In this document: positions 24,643 through 36,154 of the stretch, in pieces
Position numbering within the stretch: position 1 is the first letter of the stretch
Layout of the letters: every line of letters begins with the position of its first letter
NCBI GenBank assembly: GCA_965153285.1
Contig: OZ229115.1
Strand: one strand, 5' to 3'
Source of the DNA: Podarcis tiliguerta
Lineage: Eukaryota
DNA: 64,000 bases
Made by a program: the position numbers and the translations under genes
The notes under the pieces: generated by a model
What the model saw: the letters and a program-made list of their open reading frames with translations, nothing else
Told to the model about the DNA's origin: nothing
The model's database searches: none

Positions 24643-24810
24643 CTCACAGTAGGGATCCTCCAAGCAGCTGAGCTCCCAGCACTGGACATGGGGGGCACAT
24701 CTGACCCTTACGTCAAAGTCTTCCTGCTTCCTGACAAGAAGAAGAAGTTTGAGACCAAAGTGCAAAAGAAGACCCTTAATCCAACCTACAATGAGACCTT
24801 TGTCTTCAAG
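24643..24810 (+). CDS. SYT2: SYT2 coding exon 4 (C2A)
   Basis: [56 protein letters not shown]; 168 nt; CAG/GTAAGA. Confidence 0.98.
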
Positions 24811-25072
24811 GTAAGACTTCTGTTGGCCTAGGCATCCTCTGCAGAAGATATATTGCACACAGCTAGAACACTGACATATTTGTGGTAGCCCCCGAGAGAA
24901 AGAAAGAAGTACTGCAGGGAGCAATACCCAGTGTCGCTTGGAGAAAAATGGGGGGAAAGTAATTCCTGGCAGTAGAAACTAAATGTATTATTGGCCAAGA
25001 TCATTCCAACAGAGAGTTTGTTCCGGGTGCCAAAGCAGTTATTGAACCACAGTCCTCTGTTCCGTGTAACAG

Positions 25073-25240
25073 ATTCCATATCAGGAGCTGGGTGGCAAGA
25101 CGTTGGTGATGGCTATCTATGACTTTGACCGTTTCTCCAAACATGACATCATTGGAGAAGTCAAGGTGCCCATGAACACGGTGGACCTGGGGCAGCCCAT
25201 TGAAGAATGGAGGGATCTGGAGAGTGCAGAAAAAGAGGAG
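25073..25240 (+). CDS. SYT2: SYT2 coding exon 5 (C2A)
   Basis: [56 protein letters not shown]; 168 nt; CAG/GTAAGG. Confidence 0.98.
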
Positions 25241-25894
25241 GTAAGGAGCTGATGGAAGTGGAAGCATCTTGTTTTCTTTCCTTGCCTTTTGCTGCTGTTT
25301 TTTTCCATTACCTTATTGCTTTTTTTTACCTCAGCTGTGCAAATGTGGGTACTGATACTTAGCACTGTATGAAGGAGCCCCACACAGAAGGGGAATTTTG
25401 CTAAGTTTCCTGAGGTCTTTGGTAGGAAGTTGGCATTGGAGAAATGCAGATTTAGAAGGCTTAGGTTCTTGCTGGGCTGAGCTGCCTTCTTTAATGAAGT
25501 CTCTCAGCAGAGCATCTCTGCACATCAGCCTTCTGCTACTAAGTGGTCTTTGTGGGAGATCATTTGCCTCTTGTCGGTACCAAAGGAATGGAAACTGATT
25601 GGTCAAGTCTAGAAACCAAGTTCTCTACTGCCTAGTTGGAAGAATAAGGTCTTGGATTAAAAAAGTGTAACATTGATAAGTCAAAAGTGATGCATATCAG
25701 TGTGTGTGTTTGTGATAGTGGGGAATCCCTAAACCCTAACTACATATAAACAATGTTGAGTCCAAAATTGGCTATTTATTATTTCTCAGGAAATAAATCT
25801 TAACATCATTATGGGTTTCTCACCTCAGTGATTTCTGAGGGGTGGGGGAGCTTGTTATTCCTCCTGCCTTAGACTGGAGCTGTGCACCCAGCCC

Positions 25895-26105
25895 GTGTGG
25901 TTATATAGGTTAGTGCATTGGACCAGGGGACCTGTAAGACCAGGGGAGGCTCACTCAGTCAGGAACCCTCTGGGTGATTTTGAGCCAGTCGCTATCTCTC
26001 AGCCTAACCTACCTCACAGGGTTGCTGTGAAGATAACATAGAGAAGGTAATAAATTTATACGTCACCTTGCCCCCTTGAAGGAAACGGGGAGATATAAAT
26101 GTAAT
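25895..26105 (+). mobile_element. tRNA-derived SINE with CORE/L2-like tail (MIR/Squam3-like)
   Basis: CTCAGCCTAACCTACCTCACAGGGTTGCTGTGAAGATAA core and GGGAGATATAAAT tail. Inverse copy at ~28305-28540. Confidence 0.6.
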
Positions 26106-26224
26106 AATAACTAAAAATGCATAAAGACAGCTCATTGTACTTTGAATGTATTGTCCGCTGTTCTTCTGGTTTTAGTATTAATGCCTGTGTATAAGCGTAC
26201 CAAAATATGGAATAATCTCGCTGT

Positions 26225-26435
26225 TATTTATTCAATTTCTCACCCACCCTTCACCATAAAGTCCCAGGGTGGGTTACAGCAACTTATAAATGCAATATTA
26301 AAATAAGTTAGAAACAAATTACAGTCAAGCGAATAGGATGGTCCTTAAAGTATATATCTCAAATGTCAAAGGCCAGGATAAAGAGGTGCATCTTCAGCGT
26401 GTGACAGACAACATAAGGAAGGTGTCAGATGCTTC
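26225..26435 (-). mobile_element. LINE (L2-like) 3'-end remnant
   Basis: Same family as 2095-2290. Confidence 0.55.
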
Positions 26436-26671
26436 TCCTGCTCCTGACACCAGGTCCTTTGCTTTCCTGGCTGGAGGAGGCGATGGTGGCCAGAGTTGCA
26501 GTGACAGGGCAACATTCAAATTATTTGTCTGCTAGACGGTGAGAAGGGGCAGCACCTTCATAGCACAGTGTGAACAGGGCAGTTGCGTTATGCCATGACG
26601 CCTAAGGACTCTGAACTTTTATTGGTGCTGAGTAGAACTCCAGATTCCATTGCTCTCCCTGTTTCCCTTGA

Positions 26672-26872
<201 letters not shown>

Positions 26873-27827
26873 TGAGGCATAAAGTAGTTCTTCCTTTCAT
26901 TGCTTTGTAATATGAATGTATAACCCAAACCTGCCAAAATGCTGCTTCTTCCTCTTCCTCTATATTATTCCTCTTAATTATTTTGATTTGGGGTTTTTTA
27001 CCTGCCCTTCACCCTAAGGTCTCAGAGTTCTTTTTTTTTGGGGGGGGGAGGGTCCTTGGCCTCACATTGCTTAAGTCTGAGTGACACCAGCTGCATGGAT
27101 GCTACTTGAAAATGAAACATGTGTTGTGAGCATTGGGCAGCTTCCCATATGGCTGTGACCATTTATTTCTATGGCTTCTTGACCCACCCACCCCAGAAGG
27201 GAGAGTTGTACTGGTGTAGTTGAAATACCTGCAACTGTATGGAAAGTTGCTTCCTTCAGCTTCCTGCATAGGACTGTGGCCATTTCAATCTTGAGATGTC
27301 AGCCATTCCACTAGAGAAGCGTGAACCAGCCTTACGCTGCCCCAGGATGTGAGGAAAACCTGATGGGTCAGACTAATGGGTCAGACCAAAGGCTCATCTA
27401 GTCCAGCATCCTGTTCTCACAGTGGCAAACCAGATGCCTATGGAAAGCCCACAAGCATCCCCTGAGCTGAGGGAAGCACTTTCCCCACTTGTGATTCCAC
27501 ACGGTGGAAGTAGAGCACGGCCATCATTGCTAGTAGCCTTGTGCTCCATGCATTTGTCTAATCCTCTTATCCCAAGTTGGTGGGTATCTTGAGCTTTTAC
27601 AAAGAGATAAAGACTCTCTGGGAAGAGGAGGAGGATCCACAGAAATGCATCCTATATAAGTGGCTCTAAACGACCAACGATTCCGGATTATGGAGCAAAA
27701 AGTTAATGGCATCTCTGTCCTGTTCCTCTGTGCACCATGGCTAATTCCTAGCTGTTTCCCCTTGAGGTTTCCTTTCAGTGTGTGTTAGCTGCCTGCAAAG
27801 TCTGAACTGCTTAGCCTTGCTTTTCAG

Positions 27828-27961
27828 ATCCCTATGTGAAGATCCACCTGCTGCAGAATGGCAAGAGGCTCAAGAAGAAGAAGACCACCGTCAAGAAGAA
27901 GACTCTGAACCCCTATTTCAACGAGTCGTTCAGCTTTGAAATCCCCTTTGAGCAGATACAG
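27828..27961 (+). CDS. SYT2: SYT2 coding exon 7 (C2B polylysine)
   Basis: (D)[44 protein letters not shown]; 134 nt; weak donor GTTCAC. Confidence 0.97.
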
Positions 27962-28744
27962 GTTCACCTGCTTCTCACTTGAGGGAGTTTGGGGGAGGGC
28001 CATGCAAAGGGCTCCCAGGTCACTGAGCTCATCCGTGGGCTAATAAAGTCCTCCGCCATCTTACCTTATGCGATCTTATGTTGGCCTCTCAAAGTGCATG
28101 GGCCAAATCTCTGAATAGTCTAGCCTCATTTCCTCCCTATTGGCAATGGAAGGGGAATGTTCTCAAGGGATAAGCTTTAAAAAGCCTGGTGGGTTTTGTA
28201 CAGGGTGAATCCTGTAAAAGATTTGATTTAAATTAGGCATTTTTTTAAACAAGTCCAGGCCTGCTTGGTCCAACCATTCTCTGATGAGGGACATGTATTG
28301 TACTGCATTTATTTTATTTCTTTACTACATTTATATCTCCCCTTTTCTTCTGAGGAGATAAAGGCATCATACATGATTCCCCCTCCCCCTTCCCATTTTA
28401 TCCCCACAGCAACACTTTGTGGTAAGTGAGGCTGAGATATAGCAACCCACCCAAGGACACAGTGTGAGCTTCATGGATGAACGAGGATTTGAACCCAAGT
28501 CCTCCCTCACCTTCATCCAACACTTGTCATTGCTGCACCAGCACTCAGTTCATTGTTTCCCATCATAGGACACCAATGTTGTAAAGATCAACCTGAAGCC
28601 TGCCAGAGTGCAGTTTCAGTACCTCCAACCAGAGCTATGTTGTGCACATTTTGCGCATTCGGTCCAGACATTATATGGAATAAAGGAGAAGGAAGCATGA
28701 GCTACAGCTGCCCTCTTGGTTGTGTCAAAATCAAGTCCTCCATA

Positions 28745-29115
28745 GATCTCAACATAAAAAAGAACAAATTATAACAACATAAAAAAGAACAAAATATTTA
28801 ATAAAAAGAACAAAAGCAAACCAATAATCCTACAACATATTCAAAAGGGTATTGGATGTCAGTTAGCCCAAGACCTGGTTAAAAAGGAACGCTTTTGACT
28901 GGTGCCTAAAGGTGTGTAATGAAGGCACCAGGCGAATCTCTCTGAGAAGAGCATTCCACAAATGGGGAGCCACTGCAGAGAAGGCCTGCTCTTGTGTTGC
29001 CACCCTCTGGACCTCTCATGGAGGAGGCACATGAAGAAGGGCCTCAGAAGGTGATTGCAGGGTCTGAGAAGGTTTATATGGAGACAGGCAGTCCTTCAAG
29101 TATTGCGGTCCTGCG
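28745..29115 (-). mobile_element. L2-like LINE 3' remnant
   Basis: GCATTCCACAAATGGGGAGCCACTGCAGAGAAGGCC (reverse of the RAFSAVAPHLWN motif) with A-rich tail to the left. Confidence 0.7.
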
Positions 29116-29499
29116 CCACATTCCTACCTGATTCTGATTCCGTTTCTTCTATCATCAATTTAGGTGATGATTGTTTAGCTGGTGCCATCTGAACCATACT
29201 GAACCCACAAGCGGTTTTTGTGTCTTCATGCAAGCCACATTTGAGTCAAGATATGATTTTAAAGGTGTTTTGACACTGAGAGATTTTGGATTTAATATCT
29301 TTTGCTGTGTTGCCCGTACACCACTGCTTTGGTGGAGCTATTGTGGCTTTGTGGTGCCCAACCACCTTTGAAGGGATTGTAGGGGGGGGGGCGACTCTGC
29401 AGTGGCTGAACCAGGGATAGGGGAATAGGATAGCTCTTGTGAATACAGAAGTCGGCCATTCCTGATCCATAGGGCCCCCTTTCATATCTAATGATAGTA

Positions 29500-29800
29500 A
29501 AGCATTAAGACACACAGCAGAATTAGATTACATAGCCATTCTATGATAGCATTACCCACGTGAACTGTTTAAAATAGCATGCTTTGATGTTAATGCCTAG
29601 TAATGAGTTTAGGGATTTTACAAAGGGGGGGGGGATGAACCATCTCAAGCCATCCGAGCCTTGTCCAAATCCCATAATTTCTGTGTACTTATCCATAAAA
29701 TGATGTAGAGTCCTATTAACATATAATCACTTGTGTAAATGATGCATAGTAACTAGCTCGCTGTAGCTGCATCCAGGGAGCGTTCTGCAGAATCCATTGT
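29500..29800. repeat. Unclassified diverged repeat, copy 1 (copy 2 at ~35650-35970)
   Basis: Core 29637-29726 aligns without gaps to 35801-35890 at 76/90 identity; weaker similarity on both flanks. Confidence 0.85.
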
Positions 29801-30574
29801 TAAAGCTTTTAACCTGGTCTGGGCCACTTCAAACTGCAGGTGTAGCTCACAGTGCAATGCTATGTATGCCTGCTTGGATGTAAGCCTCATGGAGTTGGTA
29901 CCACATGAATGTATATAGAAGTGCAGCCTCAGCTGATGCATTGTACATGCATCCATCAAATTTATCAGTTAAAATCTGACAGAATTCGTGTAGTTTCTTG
30001 TTTTGTTTTTACATAATGCAGGCACATGTGGTAGCAGATACTTTTTTAGAGGCTTTTCCTCATATAAGAGAGTTTTTTAAATCAATATTTCCAGTTACAA
30101 ACAATTCTTTTGAGTGGATTAAGGCTTCGGTCCTATAAGCACTTGCCTGGGAACAAGTTTCATTGAACTCAATGGGGCTTCCTTCTGAGAAGGCAAGCAT
30201 AAGATTGCACTGTAAAAATTCAATCTGAGCAATCCAGTGATTTAAACATTGCAGCCCTAGTCACATACAAATCACATGCATCAAATTTGTGTGCATCATC
30301 TCATCTTTGCAGCAAGCTCTTGTTCAACCAAAAATACATGCTATTTCTGATCAGGATTTCTTCCCCAATGAGATTGTCACCTGTTGTGATCCTCTGCTCC
30401 TTGCCCATTAATCCCAGAACAATCCCATTGCTCCTAAAACCTCACATGTGGGAACAAACCAGCAACAATCATTTGCAGCCTTTTAAAAAAAAAAGATCAA
30501 CTGAGGACCTACTGAACTTCAAGCAGAAGTAGTATACCGTAATACTAATTTCTCTTTTCTTGCCTCCCATCCAG

Positions 30575-30781
30575 AAAGTGCAAGTTGTGATTACTGTGCT
30601 GGATTATGACAAGCTGGGGAAGAACGAAGCCATTGGCAAAGTATTTGTCGGCAACAAATCCACTGGCACGGAGCTAAGGCACTGGTCTGACATGCTGGCC
30701 AACCCACGCCGTCCCATTGCCCAGTGGCATTCCCTGAAGCCCGAAGAGGAGGTGGATGCAGCTCTTGGGAAGAACAAATAG
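30575..30781 (+). CDS. SYT2: SYT2 coding exon 8 (C2B end, WHxL motif, stop)
   Basis: [22 protein letters not shown]...[33 protein letters not shown] and the GKNK ending indicate SYT2 rather than SYT1. Confidence 0.98.
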   Translation, partial: KVQVVITVLDYDKLGKNEAIGKVFVGNKSTGTELRHWSDMLANPRRPIAQWHSLKPEEEVDAALGKNK

Positions 30782-33700
30782 GCAGCTCCATACCCCAGCA
30801 TCACCTTCTGAACATTCAAAGTGATCCAGAGCTATCAATACCTCAGTTAGGCAACGTTTGGTTTCTGTTCCGTTCTGTTTTCTAAGCTGCAATACCCTTT
30901 CTTTGATGGCTGTAGAGGGATTCTGGATGAACTCGAGAGCATCCAGAGGGGGGAAGGTTTAAAGACACAGCTGTTCCTTTCGCATTCTTCAAAGTAGTTT
31001 TGTCTGCTGCATGTTCCATCGTCTCTCTGTGTCGTTCTCTTCGAGCGCAAAGCAAGCTTCGTTCTTGGGTTTCTCCCCAAGGCCACCATGAATAGCAGCA
31101 CAAAGCAAGCTTTGCTTTTACTCGCTTTGGGATCTTCTTCCTTAAATTGGACCTTTGAATACCATGCTTGGATGATACCAGAGCCTGACAATGTGAGTTG
31201 ACCAGATACACTGTGCTTGCTTTGGAAGACAGCAAGGTGCACGAAGTGGTGCTCTTGGGAACCATACGAGCATCCTCACACTTCGAGATTGGTGGCCTTC
31301 AGCCATTGGCCCACCTAGCAGAGAGGACAAGGAGCAACTCTGGCACTGGAACATCCCTGATTATGTGGATAGCTGGTGGCTTAAGTCTCTTTGGTGAGGG
31401 GAGTGTGGTTTTGAGCATACAAATTACCGAATACTAATTGCCCTGTATTATCTAGATCATGCGGTCGGTCTTTTGCTCCCTTATAGTTTTCCATTCTTGA
31501 GTAGAACAGTGGAGTGGTACTAGGAGGTTATTGGAGTGCAATAACTACACTTGCGAGTTGCCACTCTTCTGTCTTAAGTGCAGGGCAGAGCATAAAACAC
31601 ACTTTGTTTTTGAAGGACAGCACCATGGGATATTTATGCTAGTAGCCTTACCATGTGGAAATTAGAAGGCCCAGCCCTGCAGGTAAGTCAATTTCTAGAT
31701 AGTGGTGTTAAACTGGGTGCATAGTGGAAAACTGTAGCAAGAACTTCAATGCAGCTTTGAGACCTGAAGAAAACGGCAGCCCTGGGTTGGTTTGCATACA
31801 GTTCTCGTCCTGCCTTGCACTGCTATCTCTCTTTTGTGGACACAGCAACCTAAATCTGAAGAGTTGTAGAGATATTTAGCAGGAAGGTTAATTTGCATCC
31901 ATATGCCAGAGGTAAGGCACGTGCATTGTATGCAAAAAGATCCCAGGTTCCATCCATTGTGCCCTCAAGTATCACTGGGAATGTCCTCTGTTTGGAGAGC
32001 CGCTGCCCACCCGAGTAGACAGCACTGGGATAGGTGGCCTGACTCAGTATAAGACAGTTTCCTACATTCCTAACATCTTAAGGATTTTTTTCAGCCAAAG
32101 GCGTATGGGAAGTACCTGTGTTTTTCTAATGCTCTGATGAATGGGAAGAGCAGGTAGGACAAGCAGATTTGCCCAAAGGCCTACAGAATGCTATATTGAT
32201 CTTAGATTACTTTATCTAATTTCTCAATTAGGAGAGTTGAAGCAGCTTTCGGCTGGGAGCCGTCTTCCCCACCCCCCACCCCCGCAACGTCGCTCTTGGC
32301 TAATAGAGGGAGCATTGCGCATGTTTGAGTTTAGAGGGAAAGTGAATCCATTCCAACCTAAGGACCAAAGATGCACCAAAGGCAGCAGCATCTCCTGTTC
32401 TATATAGTATTGTCCGGCTGCCAAAAACATTTATGGTTTCTTTGCTGATCCCAGAGGGATAAGCCATATTATCTTTGCTACCTAGTGTTTGCACTGATCC
32501 CTGAAGGGCCTGCCTGTTTCATTTGTTGCACCAGATACCAATGTCTTGGACGTATTGACTCCCTGTTCAGGTTGTTGGAGCAGGAAGGATGTAGACACTG
32601 GCACAACTCCCAGTTCAAGCTCATCATCTAAAGAATACAGCAATGAATGCGGGCCTGACGCTTTTATGTTTGCCTTGGTTGTGTTCCATTTAGTCACCAT
32701 GGTGGTCCTCAGACCTTTTGGTGCTGATAGGGGGGAAAACAGATTCTAGCCACGAAGATGGTTGAGCAAGGCTCAGGCTTTATACAAGTTGCAGATTCAG
32801 GGAGCAAAAGGCCTCAAAAAACTGTCCTGCGAGGGCAAAATATTTAGCCAAGGAAGATCTCTTGTGCAAGCTTCTTCATTGGCTTAGCTTGGACCGAATC
32901 AGTCCTGCTTACCATGATCATTTTAATATTTTGGCTGCATAGCCAAATAGCGACTTATACTTTTGTGTTTGTAGGAATAGACAGAGAGAGAGAGAGCACT
33001 GGTGGAGTTCCGAGCATGCAGAATAAGGCAGTCCCTGTGCTTCAGCAGCCTCTGTGGCAATAGTGTCTCCCTTCCTATTCTGGCCACCAAGGCAAGACTT
33101 AAGTACCAATATTGGCTTTAAGGTTCTCAGCTGCCTGTCAGCCTTTGCCACCTGTAAGGAATTCTGAGCTTGAAAGAACAGCTTGGCTAATGCAGACAAA
33201 GCGCAGGGTTCTTGGGTGCTGTATGCTGACCTCCAAAGGGTTGCAGGTTTCTTTGAATTCTTCGTTTCTCAGCTAGCTAGGCCTGAGGTCTAGCTGGGCG
33301 GCAATAACTGTCTCTCTGTTTTGTGCCATTCCAACCCGCAGATGAGAACTGAATGTTCCTCCATATACAAAAACGAAACAAGAATCCTGCTGTATAGCAT
33401 GACAGAAGGCATCTCCTTTCCTGCATAGGATAGGTTTGTTGGTTTGTTTGTATGGAGGAGCATTCCATTGTGTGATCTTCCCCTTTCAATCTCAAAATGG
33501 TACAGCCCAGAAACTAGGCCTTCGAAATAGGTTGTTCCTGCCCAAATGGGCCATTGCAAGCAGAGTAATCCCAGGATCATTCATGTACAGGCAGAGTTAA
33601 ACCACTTTGGTCGTAGGGGTGAGTAAATACCTTGATGTTAATGCACTTTGGGCCTTGGCTCTGCTTCTTCCTCCTTCCTCACCAACTTTACTACAGAGAT

Positions 33701-35649
33701 GGAAAGGGAGAGCCATCACCAGCTGCTTAAAAATGCTCTAGAAATGTGAAGAAAAGAAGTGGGAGGGACTCTTTAAAGGTCTTCAGCATGCTTCCCTGCA
33801 AGTTTCCTTCTTGGATTAATCAAACCTAAAAAGCTACAATTGCAGCCCTGTTCATTCTGCACATTGCTACCATGGTATCACCACCTGTGGGTTGTGCTCC
33901 TAAGCCCCATGAAGTGAGACCTGGGTTTACTTATTAATCAGACCTGCAGGACCATATGCAATAGTGCCTATGCTTAATCAGAAAAAAATATCATTGCAGC
34001 ATCTCTGAAAAGATAGCTTTGGTACTGGTTTGTTCTTTTTTTAAAAAATACAAATATGTCCATCCCCACTAAAGGGTACATTAAATTTGTTCCCGATTAA
34101 GGGTAGATAAAATTTGTGCCTCTCTTAGCTTTTAATGCTGCCACCGGCAAAGATAGGGTTTTAAGGCATCCTTGCAGAAGGGTGTCCTTGTGGAGTTCTG
34201 AATCTGTCCATGAGATTCTTCTACTTAACCTAGACATGGCACCATCCCTAATCAGATGCCATCGCAACAGCACCACTGTAGTGCCAGGAAGTCCCAATAG
34301 CAGAGGGAAGGATCACATGTTTCTGTCCACAAAGATCAAAAGGTGCCTTTGCAGGTTGTAAGCATGGTGGAATAATGAGCTCTTCATCCCTCAGAGATTC
34401 TCATGAGGTTCTGCAATGTCCTGCTTTCTTAAATAGTGGGTGAGCACTGGAATCTATGGGTGTGCGCGCATTTGTACCAATGTGCCAGTCTTTGTGTACA
34501 GTTCCTAGTCACTGCAGGCATCTATACATTTGGATAAAGGCTGCCAAAGCAATTTGTATTATTTTGTTACAGTGAATTACAGTGCTGATTATCTTCCCAG
34601 GTTATGCTTCTTTTGCCTCCTCTTACCTACAGCTGTAGAACCTGACGCCAGTTCTCTCCCACATCCGCCACCGTTTGGTGGGATTACTTTGCTTTGATCT
34701 GCAAAATACTAACATTTATAACTGTTTCTAGTGCAGAAGCCCTGTTAAGTCTGTTGCAACGAGAGCAGCAAAGAGTCTTGTTTCACCTTTAAAGCCCAAT
34801 ACATTTATTATGGTGCAAACAAATATATGCCATAATATAAATTTTGTTGATTTGCAACTGTGTGATGTGTTATATAAAGCTTGCAAACGTCACTTCCTTC
34901 CCTGGATTGGCAATTCATGCTTCTAAGCAGTGTCACTTGAGGCTTACCGGTTCTTAATTCACACTAAAGAAAGGGGTGCGTGTGGGTGGCAGAATCTATG
35001 TGGCACTCCAAATTGCCTCATTGACAATCATGCAATGGCTGCAAAATTCATAAGGTTGGATAGAGAGCTGCCTTTTTGCGAATGGAAAGGACTGGAATCC
35101 AGCAGAGGCTCTTGCTGAAAGGAATTGGGGCAACTTTCACCATTCCCCATCTTCCATGTCCTCTGGGAGAGCTTTTCAGGGTGAAGTCATCCTGGCCTCC
35201 TGCAGTCTTGAATGGAATTCTGCTTGTGGGAAGTCCGGATCCAGCTCATAGCTTAAATTTACCTTGAGTTAGCATTTATATTGCCAATTCACATGTGGCT
35301 ATAAAGGTGATGTCTACGTAAACAGATGGCAGTAAGATACAAAGTAATCTATAGCCCCATAATAAGATACTGTGCATGTGGATGCATATATTTCAAGAGG
35401 CATGTAGACAGTTTGCGAGGGCTCAGGTGAGCATTGCATTGAAGATGCCTCCATATCAATAGTGGTTATGGGCATAGATTAATCTTACTGAATTAGAACA
35501 AATATGTTTGAAGAATTTCAATTTTTGCAAGCAAAAAGGATTGGACTGCACTGCAAAACAGCAACATCGCCACACAAACCCAGTTCTGTTAATCTTCCCC
35601 TGCTGATAAACGGTCCAGGGTGTCCTCTTTGAAACCAATGATGTGGAAA

Positions 35650-35970
35650 TATTAGCACTAAGAACCAGGTCAGAACACACAGCCATTAATGAATGGTGTC
35701 TCCAACTTCTACAGTTTAAAATGGGAGAGCTGTAACTTTAATACACAATATAAATGTATTTTGGTTTTAATTTCTTTTTCTATAAAGGGGGAGAAAAAGT
35801 GAACCAACTCAAGCCATCTGAGCCTCATCCTAATCCCATCATTTGTGTGTACTTATATATAAAATGATATAGAGATCTATTAACATAAATGAAACCCTCT
35901 TGTAAGCAATGCATGATGCCTAGCCAGTATGTAAGTAGCAGCAGCATGCAAAGAGCAGAACCCATAGACC
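35650..35970. repeat. Unclassified diverged repeat, copy 2
   Basis: Direct-orientation homologue of 29500-29800, offset 6164 bp. Confidence 0.85.
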
Positions 35971-36083
35971 ATGTGTGTCATTGGCCATTTTCTAGAATAC
36001 AGTCAGGCTACAGAGTTATTTTTAAACTGTGGTGTGAATGAATTTATTTTACCTAATAAGATGGGGGGAGGGGACTGTAAAAA

Positions 36084-36154
36084 AATAAATAAGAGAGAGT
36101 GGTTGTAACAATGTAAGTTTATTTTCAATAAAAAGTAATAATTTTTTAAATAAA
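36084..36154 (+). terminator. Cluster of three AATAAA poly(A) signals, candidate SYT2 3' end
   Basis: AATAAA at 36084, 36127 and 36149 in AU-rich context. Confidence 0.55.

Noticed and set aside
30779-30811. Stop-codon readthrough of SYT2
   Set aside because: TAG-G context is not a leaky motif and the next in-frame stop is only 10 codons away.
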